DNA of 64,000 bases, taken from Chitinophagales bacterium. GTDB taxonomy: Bacteria; Bacteroidota; Bacteroidia; Chitinophagales; JAUHXS01. The notes below the pieces were generated by a model, which saw nothing but the letters and a program-made list of their open reading frames with translations, was not told the DNA's origin and made no database searches. The stretch covers positions 9,534-73,533 of the forward strand of contig CBDBZN010000019.1 in NCBI GenBank assembly GCA_965213575.1. The letters are read 5' to 3'. The position numbers were made by a program, and so were the translations under genes. Of this stretch, positions 37,972-49,939 are shown one piece after another (the stretch's first letter is position 1; the number at the start of each line of letters is the position of its first letter).

Positions 37972-38916
37972 TTAATGCAATCCAGCTACAGTAAGATATC
38001 TTTCTGCATCTAACGCTGCCATGCAACCACTTCCGGCAGCTGTAACAGCTTGGCGATAATGGCTATCTTGAACATCCCCACAGGCAAAAACACCCTCTAT
38101 ATTTGTTTTAGCTGTACCCGGAATAGTGTTAATATAACCCACCGGATCCATATCTAAATAATCCTTAAAAATATCAGAGTTAGGTTTATGCCCAATAGCT
38201 ACGAAAAAACCGGTAATAGGAATAACCTGCTTTTCACCTGTTTGATTATTTTTAATTCTAACACCTTCTACTACTTTTTCACCTAATATCTCATCCGTTT
38301 CAGCATTCCAATATATTTTAATGTTTTTAGTAGCTAAAACTCTTGCTTGCATAATCTTAGAGGCTCTCATTTCGTCTCTTCTAACGATCATGTGAACAGT
38401 AGAGCATAATTTAGAGAGATATAAAGACTCCTCGGCGGCAGTATCGCCGGCACCAACAATAGCCACTTCTTGCTCTTTGTAAAAGAAGCCGTCGCAAACA
38501 GCACAAGCAGAAACACCATGTCCATTTAAACGTTTTTCAGACTCTATTCCCAACCATTTGGCACTGGCTCCTGTTGATATTAATACCGAATCAGCTAATA
38601 TTTCTTTTTTACCGTCAATAATTACTTTATGAGGCTTACCGGAAAAATCTACAGCGGTTGCAATGCCATATCTTACATCTGTTCCTACGCGTTCTGCTTG
38701 CTTTTTGAAATCTTCCATCATAGCAGGCCCTTGTACTCCATCGGGATATCCCGGATAATTCTCTACATCCGTCGTTAACATCAATTGTCCGCCGGGCTCT
38801 AAACCTTGATACATAACAGGTTTCATATTAGCTCTTGCTGCATAAATAGCTGCTGTATAACCGGCAGGCCCCGATCCTATAATTAAACATTTAACTTTTT
38901 CGGCTTGCTCACTCAT
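37972..38916 (-). CDS. trxB: thioredoxin-disulfide reductase
   Basis: IIGSGPAGYTAAIYAAR, the redox-active CAVCDG, GAGDTAAEE and ACGDV motifs. 314 aa. Confidence 0.95.
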   Translation of the reverse strand: MSEQAEKVKCLIIGSGPAGYTAAIYAARANMKPVMYQGLEPGGQLMLTTDVENYPGYPDGVQGPAMMEDFKKQAERVGTDVRYGIATAVDFSGKPHKVIIDGKKEILADSVLISTGASAKWLGIESEKRLNGHGVSACAVCDGFFYKEQEVAIVGAGDTAAEESLYLSKLCSTVHMIVRRDEMRASKIMQARVLATKNIKIYWNAETDEILGEKVVEGVRIKNNQTGEKQVIPITGFFVAIGHKPNSDIFKDYLDMDPVGYINTIPGTAKTNIEGVFACGDVQDSHYRQAVTAAGSGCMAALDAERYLTVAGLH

Positions 38917-39120
38917 TTTTTGGGTTATTTATTTATAGTTACAAAAATAATAGAAGTCTTATGGGAAAACTATTTAACTAAGATATTTTATATACAAGAA
39001 ATTAACATTTAGGTTTATTAAATATCTATAATACTTATAAATTAAAATATTTATTGTTTTAATTATATAAACCCACTCCACCCCTCCACCTTTTAAATAA
39101 ATGTGGTAATTTATACAAGC

Positions 39121-40800
39121 TTATCTTATCAAACTGATAATATTCATATATTGTTCCTCCACCCCATCTATACGCCGATAGCTCATAGAATAAGAATATA
39201 CTCCCACAGGAGCTAATTGATTATTGTAGTAGCCATTCCACCCTTGATCCTTATTATTGGTTTTATACACCAACTCTCCCCATCTATTATAGATTTTAAA
39301 ACTATAGAGTTCTTCAATGATTTCTTTAGCTACAACCTCAAAGACATCATTTAATCCATCTCCGTTAGGCGAAAAAGCGTTAGGAATAGGAAATGCGGTA
39401 GTGTCTTCTAATACTCCAATGATATTACAATCTAAATTTTTTAACAATAGATATGCACAAAAATAATCAGGAATGCCGTAACCTAATTTATCATCCGGGT
39501 TATTAGCTTGGCTAGCGGATTGTTGAATAGCATTGATTATTTCTATGTTCGTTTTATTAGGAAAAGCCTGCCATAAACATGTGCTGATACCTGCAATTAA
39601 TGGAGAGGAAAAAGAAGTACCATTAGAAGTGCCTAAATTGCCGGAAGTGCTTAATACGAAAGTCCCTTGTCCTTGCCCTACTACATTAGGTTTAATGCGG
39701 CCATCTGCCGTTGGCCCCCTTGAACTAAAAGGAGCATAATTTCCGGAACTATTCACTGCGCCTATTGTAAAAACACTATCCCCATCGCCCGGGGCTGTTA
39801 CCTTACCCCATGAACTATTTCCTTCATTTCCGGCACTATTCACAACCAACATGCCTTTACTGGCAGCTATATCAGCGCCTATGGTTATACGCGCAGTATT
39901 GCCATCTATATCATCTAAAGTATAATTCATAGACGACTTATCAAATTCATTATAACCTAAAGAAGTATTGATAACATCTATACCTAAGCTGTCAGCATAT
40001 TCAGCTGCCGCCACCCAATTATCTTCTTCAATACGATATTCAAAAGGTGCCTCCGTTTTAAAAAGCCAATAAGTCGCATTTGGAGCAGTTCCTACTATTT
40101 CTCCCGGCAAATTAGCAGCCATTACAGAAAGCACACTCGTACCATGGCCTCCTCCATCATATAAGGTTTTATCTTCTTGGACAAAATCGTATCCTTCTTT
40201 TATTCGATTCTGCATTCTTAAACTGTCAAAGCCCTTGATCTGATCTACATTGATAAAACCATTATCCATTACTGCGATCCACATGCCTTCTCCCTTATAA
40301 CCTAGCCGGTGTATAACATCACCATTTACCATCGCTATTTGATTATAAGCCATTCCATAGTTAATATCAGCTTGAGTTTTGCCAGTCCAAGGCTCAATAC
40401 CGGGTTGCTTACCAAATTCCATATAAGCGACAGAATCTATTTTTTGTACAAATGGAAGGTGATTGATTTTTTCTAAAAGTAATGAGTCAGTTATTGTTGT
40501 ATCAGCATTTTTTATAGTTACTGCATTAAACCATTTAGAGCAGTGCACAATGGAAGCACCTTTATTTATGATACTATCAATATAAGAAGGTGTGATAGGC
40601 AAGTCATTTTTTACGATTGATATATTTTGCTTAGCTCTCCTATCCAATGCTCTTTGAGATAAATATGCTTCAGGCTCTTCAAGGGAAAATGGATTATTTG
40701 CTTTATTAGTGAACTGTACCCAATAGCGGCTAGGAGCTGTTTGAGAAAAAGCTTTAAAAAAGTATATATTAAATATAATTAAACAGATATATTTTAGCAA
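39121..40800 (-). CDS. S8 (subtilisin-family) serine peptidase with T9SS type-B C-terminal sorting domain
   Basis: Catalytic triad contexts AVMDNGF (Asp), GGGHGTSV (His) and GTSFSSP (Ser). C-terminal IPNAFSPNGDGLNDVFEV...WNGYYNN... CHU_C-type domain. TTG start at 40800. Confidence 0.8.
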   Translation of the reverse strand: MLKYICLIIFNIYFFKAFSQTAPSRYWVQFTNKANNPFSLEEPEAYLSQRALDRRAKQNISIVKNDLPITPSYIDSIINKGASIVHCSKWFNAVTIKNADTTITDSLLLEKINHLPFVQKIDSVAYMEFGKQPGIEPWTGKTQADINYGMAYNQIAMVNGDVIHRLGYKGEGMWIAVMDNGFINVDQIKGFDSLRMQNRIKEGYDFVQEDKTLYDGGGHGTSVLSVMAANLPGEIVGTAPNATYWLFKTEAPFEYRIEEDNWVAAAEYADSLGIDVINTSLGYNEFDKSSMNYTLDDIDGNTARITIGADIAASKGMLVVNSAGNEGNSSWGKVTAPGDGDSVFTIGAVNSSGNYAPFSSRGPTADGRIKPNVVGQGQGTFVLSTSGNLGTSNGTSFSSPLIAGISTCLWQAFPNKTNIEIINAIQQSASQANNPDDKLGYGIPDYFCAYLLLKNLDCNIIGVLEDTTAFPIPNAFSPNGDGLNDVFEVVAKEIIEELYSFKIYNRWGELVYKTNNKDQGWNGYYNNQLAPVGVYSYSMSYRRIDGVEEQYMNIISLIR

Positions 40801-40914
40801 AATCTATAGGTATTAATTCATTTCTGCAAACAAACAAAATATCATATTAGTTTAATAGTAAGTTTAGAATATAAATTTATATTTGCATCTTACTTAACTA
40901 TAAATACCACAAAA

Positions 40915-41331
40915 ATGAAAAAAATAACTAAATTATTATCAGCAATTGTGTTAATGTCCATATTATTTACTGCATGTTCTAAAGACAATAAAGTTTCCAG
41001 AAAATTAGACGGTGATTGGACTGTAACTGAATTTAAAGTAAATGGAGATGCTCAAGACTTATCTGCTTTTGATATTGAATATTCTTTTACTGAATGTGAT
41101 ACTAAAGAAGAATACTGTTCCGGTAGCATAACATTTTCAGGAGGCAATTTTACTGATACTGAACTTTTCGAATATCAAATTTCTGAAAAAGGCAAGGTAA
41201 TGACCATTAGAGATGATCCAAATGACACTGACTTAGTAGTTGCAAATATTATTGATGTCGATAATAATGATCTGGAAATTTCCTATACAGATGATGACGA
41301 CTTTTTCGAAATCACGATGGAAAAAAAGTAA
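40915..41331 (+). CDS. hypothetical lipoprotein
   Basis: Lipobox LFTAC. 138 aa, acidic, no recognisable catalytic motif. Confidence 0.5.
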   Translation: MKKITKLLSAIVLMSILFTACSKDNKVSRKLDGDWTVTEFKVNGDAQDLSAFDIEYSFTECDTKEEYCSGSITFSGGNFTDTELFEYQISEKGKVMTIRDDPNDTDLVVANIIDVDNNDLEISYTDDDDFFEITMEKK

Positions 41332-41346
41332 AATTCTTACATTTAT

Positions 41347-41377
41347 AAAAGCCCTTTAAAATAAAGGGCTTTTTTTG
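41347..41377 (+). terminator. rho-independent terminator
   Basis: aaagcccttt / aaagggcttt 10-bp stem (41348-41357 and 41364-41373) followed by a T run. Confidence 0.75.
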
Positions 41378-41429
41378 TGAATTTTATTATCAATCCAACA
41401 CTAATTAGATTTTCAATAAAAATCCATAG

Positions 41430-42146
41430 ATGAAAATAGCACTATTAGGATATGGCAAAATGGGTAAAACCATAGAAACAATCGCTTTAGAACGAGGACA
41501 TGAAATCAATCTGAAGGTAAATGCCGATAATCTATCTCAATTAACTAAGGAAAATCTGCAAGAGTCAGATGTAGCTATTGAGTTTAGTACCCCTCAAAGT
41601 GCTTATGGAAATATTTTAAAATGTTTTGAAGCGAATACGCCTATTGTGGTAGGTACGACTGCATGGCTGGATAAATTAAATGAAATTAAACAAAAATGCT
41701 TAAGTGGAAATCACTCCTTTTTCTATGCTTCTAACTTTAGTATCGGAGTAAATATTTTTTTTGAGCTCAATAAAAAATTAGCTCAATTGATGAATAATCA
41801 AACGCAGTATAAAGTCGCTATAGATGAAGACCATCATACTGAGAAACTAGATTCACCCAGCGGCACAGCCATTACGTTGGCAGAAGGCATCATAGGAAAC
41901 TTAAATCATAAAGAAAAATGGATCAATAATCCATCAAATGACGAAAATATCCTTCCTATTATATCACACAGAAACCCGGGTGTCCCCGGCACTCATACGA
42001 TCAAATATAACTCAGAAGTAGATTTTATTGAGATCACTCATCAAGCACATTCCAGAAAAGGATTTGCAGAAGGGTCAGTGTTGGCAGCCGAGTGGCTGGT
42101 CAATAAAAAAGGTTTTTTTACCATGGCTGATATGCTGAAATTTTAA
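41430..42146 (+). CDS. dapB: 4-hydroxy-tetrahydrodipicolinate reductase
   Basis: MKIALLGYGKMG Rossmann start, EDHHTEKLDSPSGTA and H.AHSR.GFA motifs. 238 aa. Confidence 0.85.
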   Translation: MKIALLGYGKMGKTIETIALERGHEINLKVNADNLSQLTKENLQESDVAIEFSTPQSAYGNILKCFEANTPIVVGTTAWLDKLNEIKQKCLSGNHSFFYASNFSIGVNIFFELNKKLAQLMNNQTQYKVAIDEDHHTEKLDSPSGTAITLAEGIIGNLNHKEKWINNPSNDENILPIISHRNPGVPGTHTIKYNSEVDFIEITHQAHSRKGFAEGSVLAAEWLVNKKGFFTMADMLKF

Positions 42147-42166
42147 AATTATATGCTTAAAGATAA

Positions 42167-42718
42167 CTACTCCAACTGTAAGCCATTTTCAAGAAATTTT
42201 TCGTAAATACTCCATAGTACAATTCCAATACTGACAGACACATTAAAAGAGTGCTTAGTTCCATGTTGTGGAATTTCAATGCTCCCGTCTAACAAAGGCA
42301 TTAAATCATCTGACACGCCATTTACCTCATGACCAAAAAATAAAGCTAATTTTTCATTATCCACCTGAAAATTCTGTAATAAAACACTATCATCAGTTTG
42401 CTCTACAGCTAAGCATTTATATCCTTGCTCCTTTAACTTTGTAAACGCTTCTACCACATTTTTTTCATGGGCCCACGGAACGGATTCGGTGGCACCTAAA
42501 GCAGTTTTAGTAATTTCTCGGTGTGGAGGTTGTGCTGTAATACCTCCTAATATTATCTCTTCTACCAAAAAAGCATCTGCCGTTCTAAACGCTGCACCAA
42601 CATTGCTTAAACTTCTTACGTTATCCAATACAATTTTAACCGGCAATTTATTTGCAGCTTTATACTGCTGCGGATTTTTGCGTTTTAATTCTAATAATTT
42701 CAACTTTCTCATGATCAT
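42167..42718 (-). CDS. SpoU/TrmH family RNA 2'-O-methyltransferase
   Basis: LDNVRSLSNVGAAFRTADAF, FGHEVNGVS and IPQHGTKHSFNVSVSIGIVL motifs (SPOUT motifs 1-3). Confidence 0.75.
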   Translation of the reverse strand: MIMRKLKLLELKRKNPQQYKAANKLPVKIVLDNVRSLSNVGAAFRTADAFLVEEIILGGITAQPPHREITKTALGATESVPWAHEKNVVEAFTKLKEQGYKCLAVEQTDDSVLLQNFQVDNEKLALFFGHEVNGVSDDLMPLLDGSIEIPQHGTKHSFNVSVSIGIVLWSIYEKFLENGLQLE

Positions 42719-42873
42719 ACAAATTTAGTGATAAACTTGTGTATAACTTATAACTTGTTAATTATTCATTCATCATGATGTGTTGTATTTTTAAAAAGTA
42801 ACAGCTTCAGTTAAGAAGTAAAAGTTGTTTCGATTTCAACTGAAATTCATAAGTCATTAACGCTAAATTATCC

Positions 42874-45519
42874 TTGGCAACAACAACTAAAAAAAATACA
42901 AATAAGAAAAAGGAAACTCCTTTAATGACACAATATAACAGCATTAAAGGGAAATATCCCGACGCTTTATTGTTGTTTAGAGTAGGCGATTTTTACGAAA
43001 CGTTTGGTAAAGATGCAATCGTAACAGCTGATGTACTTGGGATCATTTTAACTAAAAGAGCTAATGGCTCTGCTTCTCATATAGAATTAGCGGGATTTCC
43101 TCATCATGCGTTAGATACTTACCTTCCGAAATTAGTAAGGGCGGGGCATAGAGTTGCTATTTGCGATCAATTGGAAGACCCGAAAATGACTAAAAATATC
43201 GTAAAACGTGGTGTTACTGAACTAATTACGCCCGGCGTAGCCCTCAACGACCAGATTTTAGATATTAAATCAAATAATTTTTTAGCTGCAGTAGCTTTTT
43301 CAAAAGATAAGATAGGTATCGCTTTTGCAGATATTTCTACGGGAGAATTTTTAGTTGCAGAAGGAAATGTGGAGTATATTGATAAACTGTTACAAAGCTT
43401 TCGGCCATCAGAAGTATTATTTGCAAAAAACAAGCAAAAAAACTTCAAAGAAAATTTTGGCAGTAAATTTTACACTTATACGCTTGATGAGTGGATATTT
43501 GAACACGACTTTGCTAAGGATAAACTCACGCAGCATTTTGGAACTAAATCGCTCAAAGGTTTTGGCATAGACTCACTCCGCTTGGGCATCACTGCCGCCG
43601 GCACGATCATTCATTACCTGGCAGAAACTGAGCATCCGAATGTAGGGCATATTATGGGAATTGCCCGTATAGAAGAAGGCCAACATGTTTGGCTGGATAA
43701 GTTTACCATTAGAAATTTAGAGTTATTATACAGCAGCCATGATGATGGGAAAAGTTTATTAGATGTACTAGACCAAACTATCTCGCCTATGGGGGCGCGT
43801 TTATTAAGAAGATGGCTCATTCTGCCTTTAAAAGATAAGGTATTAATTGATGAGCGGCTGGATGTAGTAGCATATCTCATAAAAAATAATGAGCAAAGCC
43901 GGCAGTTAACTACTCAAATAAAACAAATTGGTGACCTGGAACGCCTTATCTCTAAAGTTCCACTTGGAAAAATAAACCCTCGTGAGGTGATGCAATTAAA
44001 AAGAGCATTAGAAGCTATTGTGCCCATTAAGCAACTATGCGAGCAATCTGAAAATAGATATTTCAACCAAATCGGCGAACAACTCAATCCATGCAATACG
44101 ATCAAAGATAGAATTGCTAATGAACTACTCGAAGATGCTCCGGCATTGATCAATAAAGGAAATATTATTAAAAATGGGGTTTCGCAAGATTTGGATGATC
44201 TGCGAAATATTACCACATCAGGGAAAGAGTATTTAATTAAAATTCAAGAAAAAGAAAGTAAAGCTACCGGAATACCTTCTCTAAAAATAAAATTCAATAA
44301 TGTTTTCGGGTATTATTTAGAAGTTACTAATACTCACAAGGATAAAGTTCCGGAAAGTTGGGTACGTAAACAAACGCTGGCCAATGCAGAACGCTACATT
44401 ACCGAAGAACTAAAAGAGTATGAAGAAAAAATATTAGGTGCGGAAGAAAAGATATTAGCTATAGAAACTAGGCTTTTTCAAGAACTAGCATTGAGTTTAA
44501 ACGATTATATTAAACCGATACAATTGAATGCTCATTGTATTGCTAGGCTTGATTGTCTTATAGCTTTTTCAACATTAGCTGTTAAAAATAGTTACCATCG
44601 GCCAACTATCAATGATGGGTATAAGATAGTTATTAAAGATGGCCGACATCCGGTAATTGAGCAACAGATGGAAATAGGCGAATCATATATCGCTAATGAT
44701 ATTTACCTGGATAATGAAGAGCAGCAAGTCATTATAATTACGGGCCCTAATATGGCAGGCAAATCGGCTATTTTACGACAAACTGCTTTGATCGTATTAA
44801 TGGCTCAGATTGGCAGTTTTGTTCCTGCCGCTGCTGCGGAGTTAGGCATAACAGACAAAATATTTACGCGAGTAGGTGCTTCTGATAATATTTCTTCCGG
44901 TGAATCTACTTTTATGGTAGAAATGAATGAGACAGCCAGTATCATGAATAATATTTCTGATAGGAGCTTAATATTGCTAGACGAGATTGGCCGTGGCACA
45001 AGTACTTATGATGGTATATCTATCGCTTGGTCGATAGCAGAATTTTTGCACGATGAAAAAGATCTTAAACCTAAAACTTTATTTGCTACGCATTATCATG
45101 AACTAAATGAATTAGAAAATAAATTTGACCGTATTAAAAACTTCAATATTTCCACTAAAGAAGCCGGCAATAAAGTGATTTTTTTACGAAAACTCGTTCC
45201 CGGTGGAAGCCAACACAGCTTCGGTATCCATGTAGCAAAAATGGCCGGCATGCCTTCTAAAATTCTAAAACGCTCCAACAGCATTTTGAAAGAACTCGAA
45301 AAAAAGAGTCTGCATGCAGATATTAAAGATACATTCGAAAAGCAATCAGCCAGGGACTATCAGTTAAACATTTTCCAGATGGATGACCCTAACTTAGTAA
45401 AAGTAAAAGAATTACTTGCTCCGATTGACATCAACACATTAACTCCCGTAGAAGCGCTTATGAAGCTCAACGAAATTCAAGATATGCTTAAATATGGCTA
45501 TCAACAAAAGGAAACTTGA
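42874..45519 (+). CDS. mutS: DNA mismatch repair protein MutS
   Basis: [30 protein letters not shown], Walker [18 protein letters not shown] and [15 protein letters not shown] start at 42874. Confidence 0.95.
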   Translation: MATTTKKNTNKKKETPLMTQYNSIKGKYPDALLLFRVGDFYETFGKDAIVTADVLGIILTKRANGSASHIELAGFPHHALDTYLPKLVRAGHRVAICDQLEDPKMTKNIVKRGVTELITPGVALNDQILDIKSNNFLAAVAFSKDKIGIAFADISTGEFLVAEGNVEYIDKLLQSFRPSEVLFAKNKQKNFKENFGSKFYTYTLDEWIFEHDFAKDKLTQHFGTKSLKGFGIDSLRLGITAAGTIIHYLAETEHPNVGHIMGIARIEEGQHVWLDKFTIRNLELLYSSHDDGKSLLDVLDQTISPMGARLLRRWLILPLKDKVLIDERLDVVAYLIKNNEQSRQLTTQIKQIGDLERLISKVPLGKINPREVMQLKRALEAIVPIKQLCEQSENRYFNQIGEQLNPCNTIKDRIANELLEDAPALINKGNIIKNGVSQDLDDLRNITTSGKEYLIKIQEKESKATGIPSLKIKFNNVFGYYLEVTNTHKDKVPESWVRKQTLANAERYITEELKEYEEKILGAEEKILAIETRLFQELALSLNDYIKPIQLNAHCIARLDCLIAFSTLAVKNSYHRPTINDGYKIVIKDGRHPVIEQQMEIGESYIANDIYLDNEEQQVIIITGPNMAGKSAILRQTALIVLMAQIGSFVPAAAAELGITDKIFTRVGASDNISSGESTFMVEMNETASIMNNISDRSLILLDEIGRGTSTYDGISIAWSIAEFLHDEKDLKPKTLFATHYHELNELENKFDRIKNFNISTKEAGNKVIFLRKLVPGGSQHSFGIHVAKMAGMPSKILKRSNSILKELEKKSLHADIKDTFEKQSARDYQLNIFQMDDPNLVKVKELLAPIDINTLTPVEALMKLNEIQDMLKYGYQQKET

Positions 45520-45605
45520 AACAATTTCAAATGTAAAGCCGGAGTATTAAGAACAAATCAGTATATAATTATTTTGCAACTTATTAAAAAATTTTGTACT
45601 TTAAT

Positions 45606-47627
45606 ATGATGCGTCTAAAGAGGCTTCATAATATTTTATTTGCGACGTTTACTTTCTGGTTAATTTATCCATTTTCATTATTTGCTCAAGCTGAAATGAA
45701 AAATAAAGAGCTAAAAGAAACAGCCGAAAAAAATTATTATTTAGAAAATTACCATCTTGCACAGCCCTATTATGAAGAGTTAGTAAAGCGATATCCCAAA
45801 AAAATAGATTATCAATATGATTTAGGGATTTGTTATCTAGCGGGTTCTTCTAAAGATAGAGATCAGGCTTTAAGCTTATTTAAATCAATAGAAAGCAAAA
45901 ATCAAGGTTTTAGAGAAATATATTATCAATTAGGAAAAGCACACATGGTGTTACATCACTTTGATTCTGCCATTGCTAATTTTGAGCGAGCAAAGTCAAT
46001 AAATCAAGATCCTATAAAAACAGAACAAATCACTAGGCTAATTGAAAATTGTAAAAATGGCAAGGAGCTTTTAGATAAGGCTATAGATGTTCAAATTACC
46101 AACCTAGGGCCAAATATTAATTCTCCTTATAAAGAATATGCACCGGTAATATCAACCGATGAATCTGTTTTAATTTTTACTTATCGAGGTGAGAAATCCA
46201 TTGGCGGATTACAAAATATGCTATTGGAGCCGGATCCTAAAAACGGTGAATATTATGAAGATATTTATCAATCTTATAAAATAGGTAATGAATGGTCAGT
46301 GGCCCAGCCATTGGGAGAGGAGATAAACAGCAAGGGCCATGATGCCAGCATTGCTTTATCTGCTGATGGGCAGACACTCTTTACTTATCGGAACGATTTA
46401 GAAAAAGATATAGGTAATGGAGAAATATATGTAAGTTTTTTAAAAGGCAGCACTTGGTCTACGCCAAAACTACTTAATGAAAATATTAACTCTCCATATT
46501 GGGAGGGAAGTGTCAGTATGTCTGCAGATGGCAATATATTATACTTTGCCAGTAATCGCCCGGGTGGGTATGGAGGCAGAGACTTATATGTATCTTATAA
46601 AACAACTGATAACATGTGGAAGCCGGCCGAAAACATGGGCCCCACCATTAATACTAAATATGATGATGATGCTCCATTTATTCATCCTAATAACAAAATT
46701 TTATATTTTTCTTCAAAAGGCCATAATAGCATGGGAGAATACGATATTTTCACAAGTATCAAAGAAGATGGAAAATGGCGTACACCGATAAATCTGGGAT
46801 ACCCAGTTAATACAACAGCTGATGATATTTATTATGTCGTATCGGCTGATGGTAAACATGGTTATCTTTCTTCCGACCGGGAAGGAGGTTATGGCTTAGA
46901 TGATATTTATACTGTCTCGCCCGGCCTTCTTCAGGCAGATGAACCAATAAGCCTAGTGTTGCTAAAAGGTATAGTAACCGCAAATGATACTGTCCGCGGA
47001 GGCCTAGTGTCTGTTTTTGACTATGCAGACACTTCCTTAATAAGTCAACATACTGTAAATGAAGAGACAGGTAAATTTTTGTTAACCCTTCCTTCCGGAA
47101 AAGAATATTTAATTAATATAAATATAGACGGATTCCCTATTTATAGCAATATGATTAGTACTATTAATGTAGATAGTTTTAAGAAGATCCATAAAGATGT
47201 TCAAATATTTACACCGGCATATGCTAAAAATAAAGAAGTGAAAGCGCGAATTAACTTAGCAACCAAAACGATTAATATTGAAAGCATGGATGAAGGCACT
47301 GAAGGCTTAGTTTATGATGAAATAATACAACAATATGGCAAAAATAAATCAGAAGGGCTAGAATTTACAATTCAAGTAGGAGCTTATAAAAATGCTTCCC
47401 AGTTTGAATATCAAAATTTATTAGCCATTGGCCAGATCCATAAAAATAAGTTTAAAGATGGCATCACAAGGTTTGAATTAGGCCGCTATACTACTATGGA
47501 AGAAACAGAGGCTATTAGGCAAAAGGTGAAACAACAAGGATATTGGGATGCTTTTATTTTGGGATTATATAAAGGTGGAAGATATACTACGACAGAATGT
47601 GTTAAAAAAGGATTAATTATCAATTAA
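45606..47627 (+). CDS. secreted TPR + PD40 (TolB-like beta-propeller) repeat protein with C-terminal SPOR-like domain
   Basis: ATG at 45606 with signal peptide. N-terminal TPR-like helices. Repeated INSPY.E..P.IS.D...L.F units. C-terminal FTIQVGAYKN...GRYTTMEETEAIRQKVKQQGYWDAFI resembles SPOR. Confidence 0.6.
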   Translation: MMRLKRLHNILFATFTFWLIYPFSLFAQAEMKNKELKETAEKNYYLENYHLAQPYYEELVKRYPKKIDYQYDLGICYLAGSSKDRDQALSLFKSIESKNQGFREIYYQLGKAHMVLHHFDSAIANFERAKSINQDPIKTEQITRLIENCKNGKELLDKAIDVQITNLGPNINSPYKEYAPVISTDESVLIFTYRGEKSIGGLQNMLLEPDPKNGEYYEDIYQSYKIGNEWSVAQPLGEEINSKGHDASIALSADGQTLFTYRNDLEKDIGNGEIYVSFLKGSTWSTPKLLNENINSPYWEGSVSMSADGNILYFASNRPGGYGGRDLYVSYKTTDNMWKPAENMGPTINTKYDDDAPFIHPNNKILYFSSKGHNSMGEYDIFTSIKEDGKWRTPINLGYPVNTTADDIYYVVSADGKHGYLSSDREGGYGLDDIYTVSPGLLQADEPISLVLLKGIVTANDTVRGGLVSVFDYADTSLISQHTVNEETGKFLLTLPSGKEYLININIDGFPIYSNMISTINVDSFKKIHKDVQIFTPAYAKNKEVKARINLATKTINIESMDEGTEGLVYDEIIQQYGKNKSEGLEFTIQVGAYKNASQFEYQNLLAIGQIHKNKFKDGITRFELGRYTTMEETEAIRQKVKQQGYWDAFILGLYKGGRYTTTECVKKGLIIN

Positions 47628-48195
47628 GCAAATAATCTATCAATTTTCTTACAGCTTTTCCACGATGACTAATCCGGCTTTTAGTTTCCATATCCATTTG
47701 TGCAAAGCTAACATCATAATCAACAGGTTGAAAAATAGGATCATAACCAAATCCTTCTTTTCCTATTTTCTCATAGAAAATATTTCCTTTCACTACTCCT
47801 TCAAATTGAATTTCTTTTCCATTAATAATTAAAGAGATGACTGTTCTAAATTGAGCAGAACGATCAATTATCCCTTTCATCTTCTTTAAAACCTTTTTAA
47901 TATTATCCTCTGCAACACATTTCAATCCGGCATAACGAGCAGAATATACGCCGGGTTCTCCATTTAACGAATTAATTTCTAAGCCCGTATCTTCTGAAAA
48001 ACAATTTATCTGATACTTATTGGCCACAAACCGAGCCTTTTCTCGTGCATTTTCTTCCAACGTCTCGTGCGTTTCGGGCAATTCTTCTTTACAGCCGATA
48101 TCCTTTAAACTTAATATGTTTATGTTTATATCAGACAACAAGCTACGTACTTCTTTGAGCTTATTATAATTATTAGTTGCAAACACTATTTCCAT
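47620..48195 (-). CDS. rdgB: non-canonical purine NTP pyrophosphatase (RdgB/HAM1 family)
   Basis: IVFATNNYNKLKE, EDTGLEI..LNGEPGVYSARYAG, GFGYDPIF and SHR motifs. 191 aa. Confidence 0.9.
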   Translation of the reverse strand: MEIVFATNNYNKLKEVRSLLSDININILSLKDIGCKEELPETHETLEENAREKARFVANKYQINCFSEDTGLEINSLNGEPGVYSARYAGLKCVAEDNIKKVLKKMKGIIDRSAQFRTVISLIINGKEIQFEGVVKGNIFYEKIGKEGFGYDPIFQPVDYDVSFAQMDMETKSRISHRGKAVRKLIDYLLN

Positions 48196-48198
48196 ATA

Positions 48199-48672
48199 TT
48201 ACTTTAATTCAAACATGTGTTGTAAAGCATTCCAAAGTTGTCCCTTTTTCATAGTATCTTGATGAATAGCTTCTAATTTCTCAGAAAATACAAATTGTTT
48301 TTCTTTGAATTTATGTAAGGTATAAGGCTGTACATTAATATGTAAAGACAGTTTCTTAGGATGTATGCCAAAACAAATCACTTTATTAAATGTTATATAC
48401 CTCTCCAAGACAGTTAATGAACTGTTTTCTAAACCTGCATTATTAACAAGCGCAGTCTCATCAAAATTTAATTTTAATGCGCCGGCAATCTTTCTTAAAA
48501 AATCCAGTAAATTTTCAGGAGCATATTCAGATTCGGGATATTCAACTAATATTAAACAATCATTTTTGTTGCTGCCAAGCAGTTTAATCTCTTTAGTTTG
48601 AGATAATGGCTGTTCATTTGTAACTTTATATATGGCATCCCCTATTAAATTATGAATTGTTTTTTTATCCAT
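48199..48672 (-). CDS. hypothetical protein, co-oriented 3 nt upstream of rdgB
   Basis: 157-aa ORF with no motif I can assign. Confidence 0.45.
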   Translation of the reverse strand: MDKKTIHNLIGDAIYKVTNEQPLSQTKEIKLLGSNKNDCLILVEYPESEYAPENLLDFLRKIAGALKLNFDETALVNNAGLENSSLTVLERYITFNKVICFGIHPKKLSLHINVQPYTLHKFKEKQFVFSEKLEAIHQDTMKKGQLWNALQHMFELK

Positions 48673-48786
48673 TTTGTTTTTATAACTTTCTACCTTAGCA
48701 AGATATGTATATCAACGGCTTTAATCAATTTATTTACTACAATATGAGTTATTTTTTATTTAAATTTATCAAAAATAAAGAGATAA

Positions 48787-49875
48787 ATGAACTATCCTAT
48801 CCACATTGAAAAGGTTTCGCAGTCAAGAATAAATGAAGTAGATTTTGATAACATACCTTTCGGAAAATATTATGGCGATCATATGTTTATGGCTGACTAT
48901 AATGATGGTAAATGGGGGAATTGTAGAATTGTTCCCTATGGTAACCTTTCATTAAGTCCTGCCACCACTTTCATACATTATGGACAGTCTATATTTGAAG
49001 GCATGAAAGCTTATAAAGCTCCGGATGGTTCCCCTCAAATATTTCGTCCGGGTAAAAATTTTGATCGATTAAATCTTTCTGCTAAAAGAATGGCTATGCC
49101 TGAATTGCCTAATGAAATTTTTATGGAAGGCTTACATCAATTGATTGATTTAGATCAACAATGGATCCCTGCTCGAAAAAACTGTTCTTTATACATACGG
49201 CCTTATATGTTTGCAACGGACGAATATATTGGAATTAAGCCTACTAACCAATTTAGGTTTATCATCATCACTTCTCCTGCAGGCGCTTATTACACTAAGC
49301 CTGTTAAGGTTTTAGTATCCGATAAATATGTGAGGGCATTTCATGGGGGTACCGGTTTTGCTAAAGCTGCAGGTAATTATGCGGCAACAATGTTACCGAT
49401 GAGACAGGCACGAGAAAAGGGATACGATCAGGTATTATGGTTAGATGGCAAGGAATTTAAGTATGTTCAAGAAATTGGCACCATGAATATTTTCTTCATT
49501 ATTGCTGGAGTAATAGTAACGCCAAAAATAGAAGACACGCTTTTAGATGGAATAACTAGAGATTCTGTTATTCAATTGCTTAAAGACAAAGGAGCAAGTG
49601 TTGAAGAAAGATTAGTAACCATTGATGAAATATATGAAGCCTATAAAAAAGGCACTTTAGAAGGTTCATTTGGAACCGGTACTGCGGCTACTATTGCACC
49701 TGTAGCTACTTACAATTATAAAGGTGAAGATCTTAACTTGCCTCAATTGAGCGACGACTCTATCATTTATCAGGTAAAAAATGAATTAGAAGCAATAAAA
49801 ACTTCTAAAACAGCAGATAAGCATGGGTGGATAGTAAAAATTAAAAGCTACAGCCAAGCTGAAAAAGTAATATAG
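48787..49875 (+). CDS. ilvE: branched-chain amino acid aminotransferase
   Basis: YGQSIFEGMKAYK, the PLP-lysine context GGTGFAKAAGNY, NIFFI and LDGITRDSV. 362 aa. Confidence 0.9.
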   Translation: MNYPIHIEKVSQSRINEVDFDNIPFGKYYGDHMFMADYNDGKWGNCRIVPYGNLSLSPATTFIHYGQSIFEGMKAYKAPDGSPQIFRPGKNFDRLNLSAKRMAMPELPNEIFMEGLHQLIDLDQQWIPARKNCSLYIRPYMFATDEYIGIKPTNQFRFIIITSPAGAYYTKPVKVLVSDKYVRAFHGGTGFAKAAGNYAATMLPMRQAREKGYDQVLWLDGKEFKYVQEIGTMNIFFIIAGVIVTPKIEDTLLDGITRDSVIQLLKDKGASVEERLVTIDEIYEAYKKGTLEGSFGTGTAATIAPVATYNYKGEDLNLPQLSDDSIIYQVKNELEAIKTSKTADKHGWIVKIKSYSQAEKVI

Positions 49876-49939
49876 TCCATTAGCTATAGATTAGTGCGTT
49901 TGGTTTATTTTTAATCATGAAATATTTAATTAATTCTTT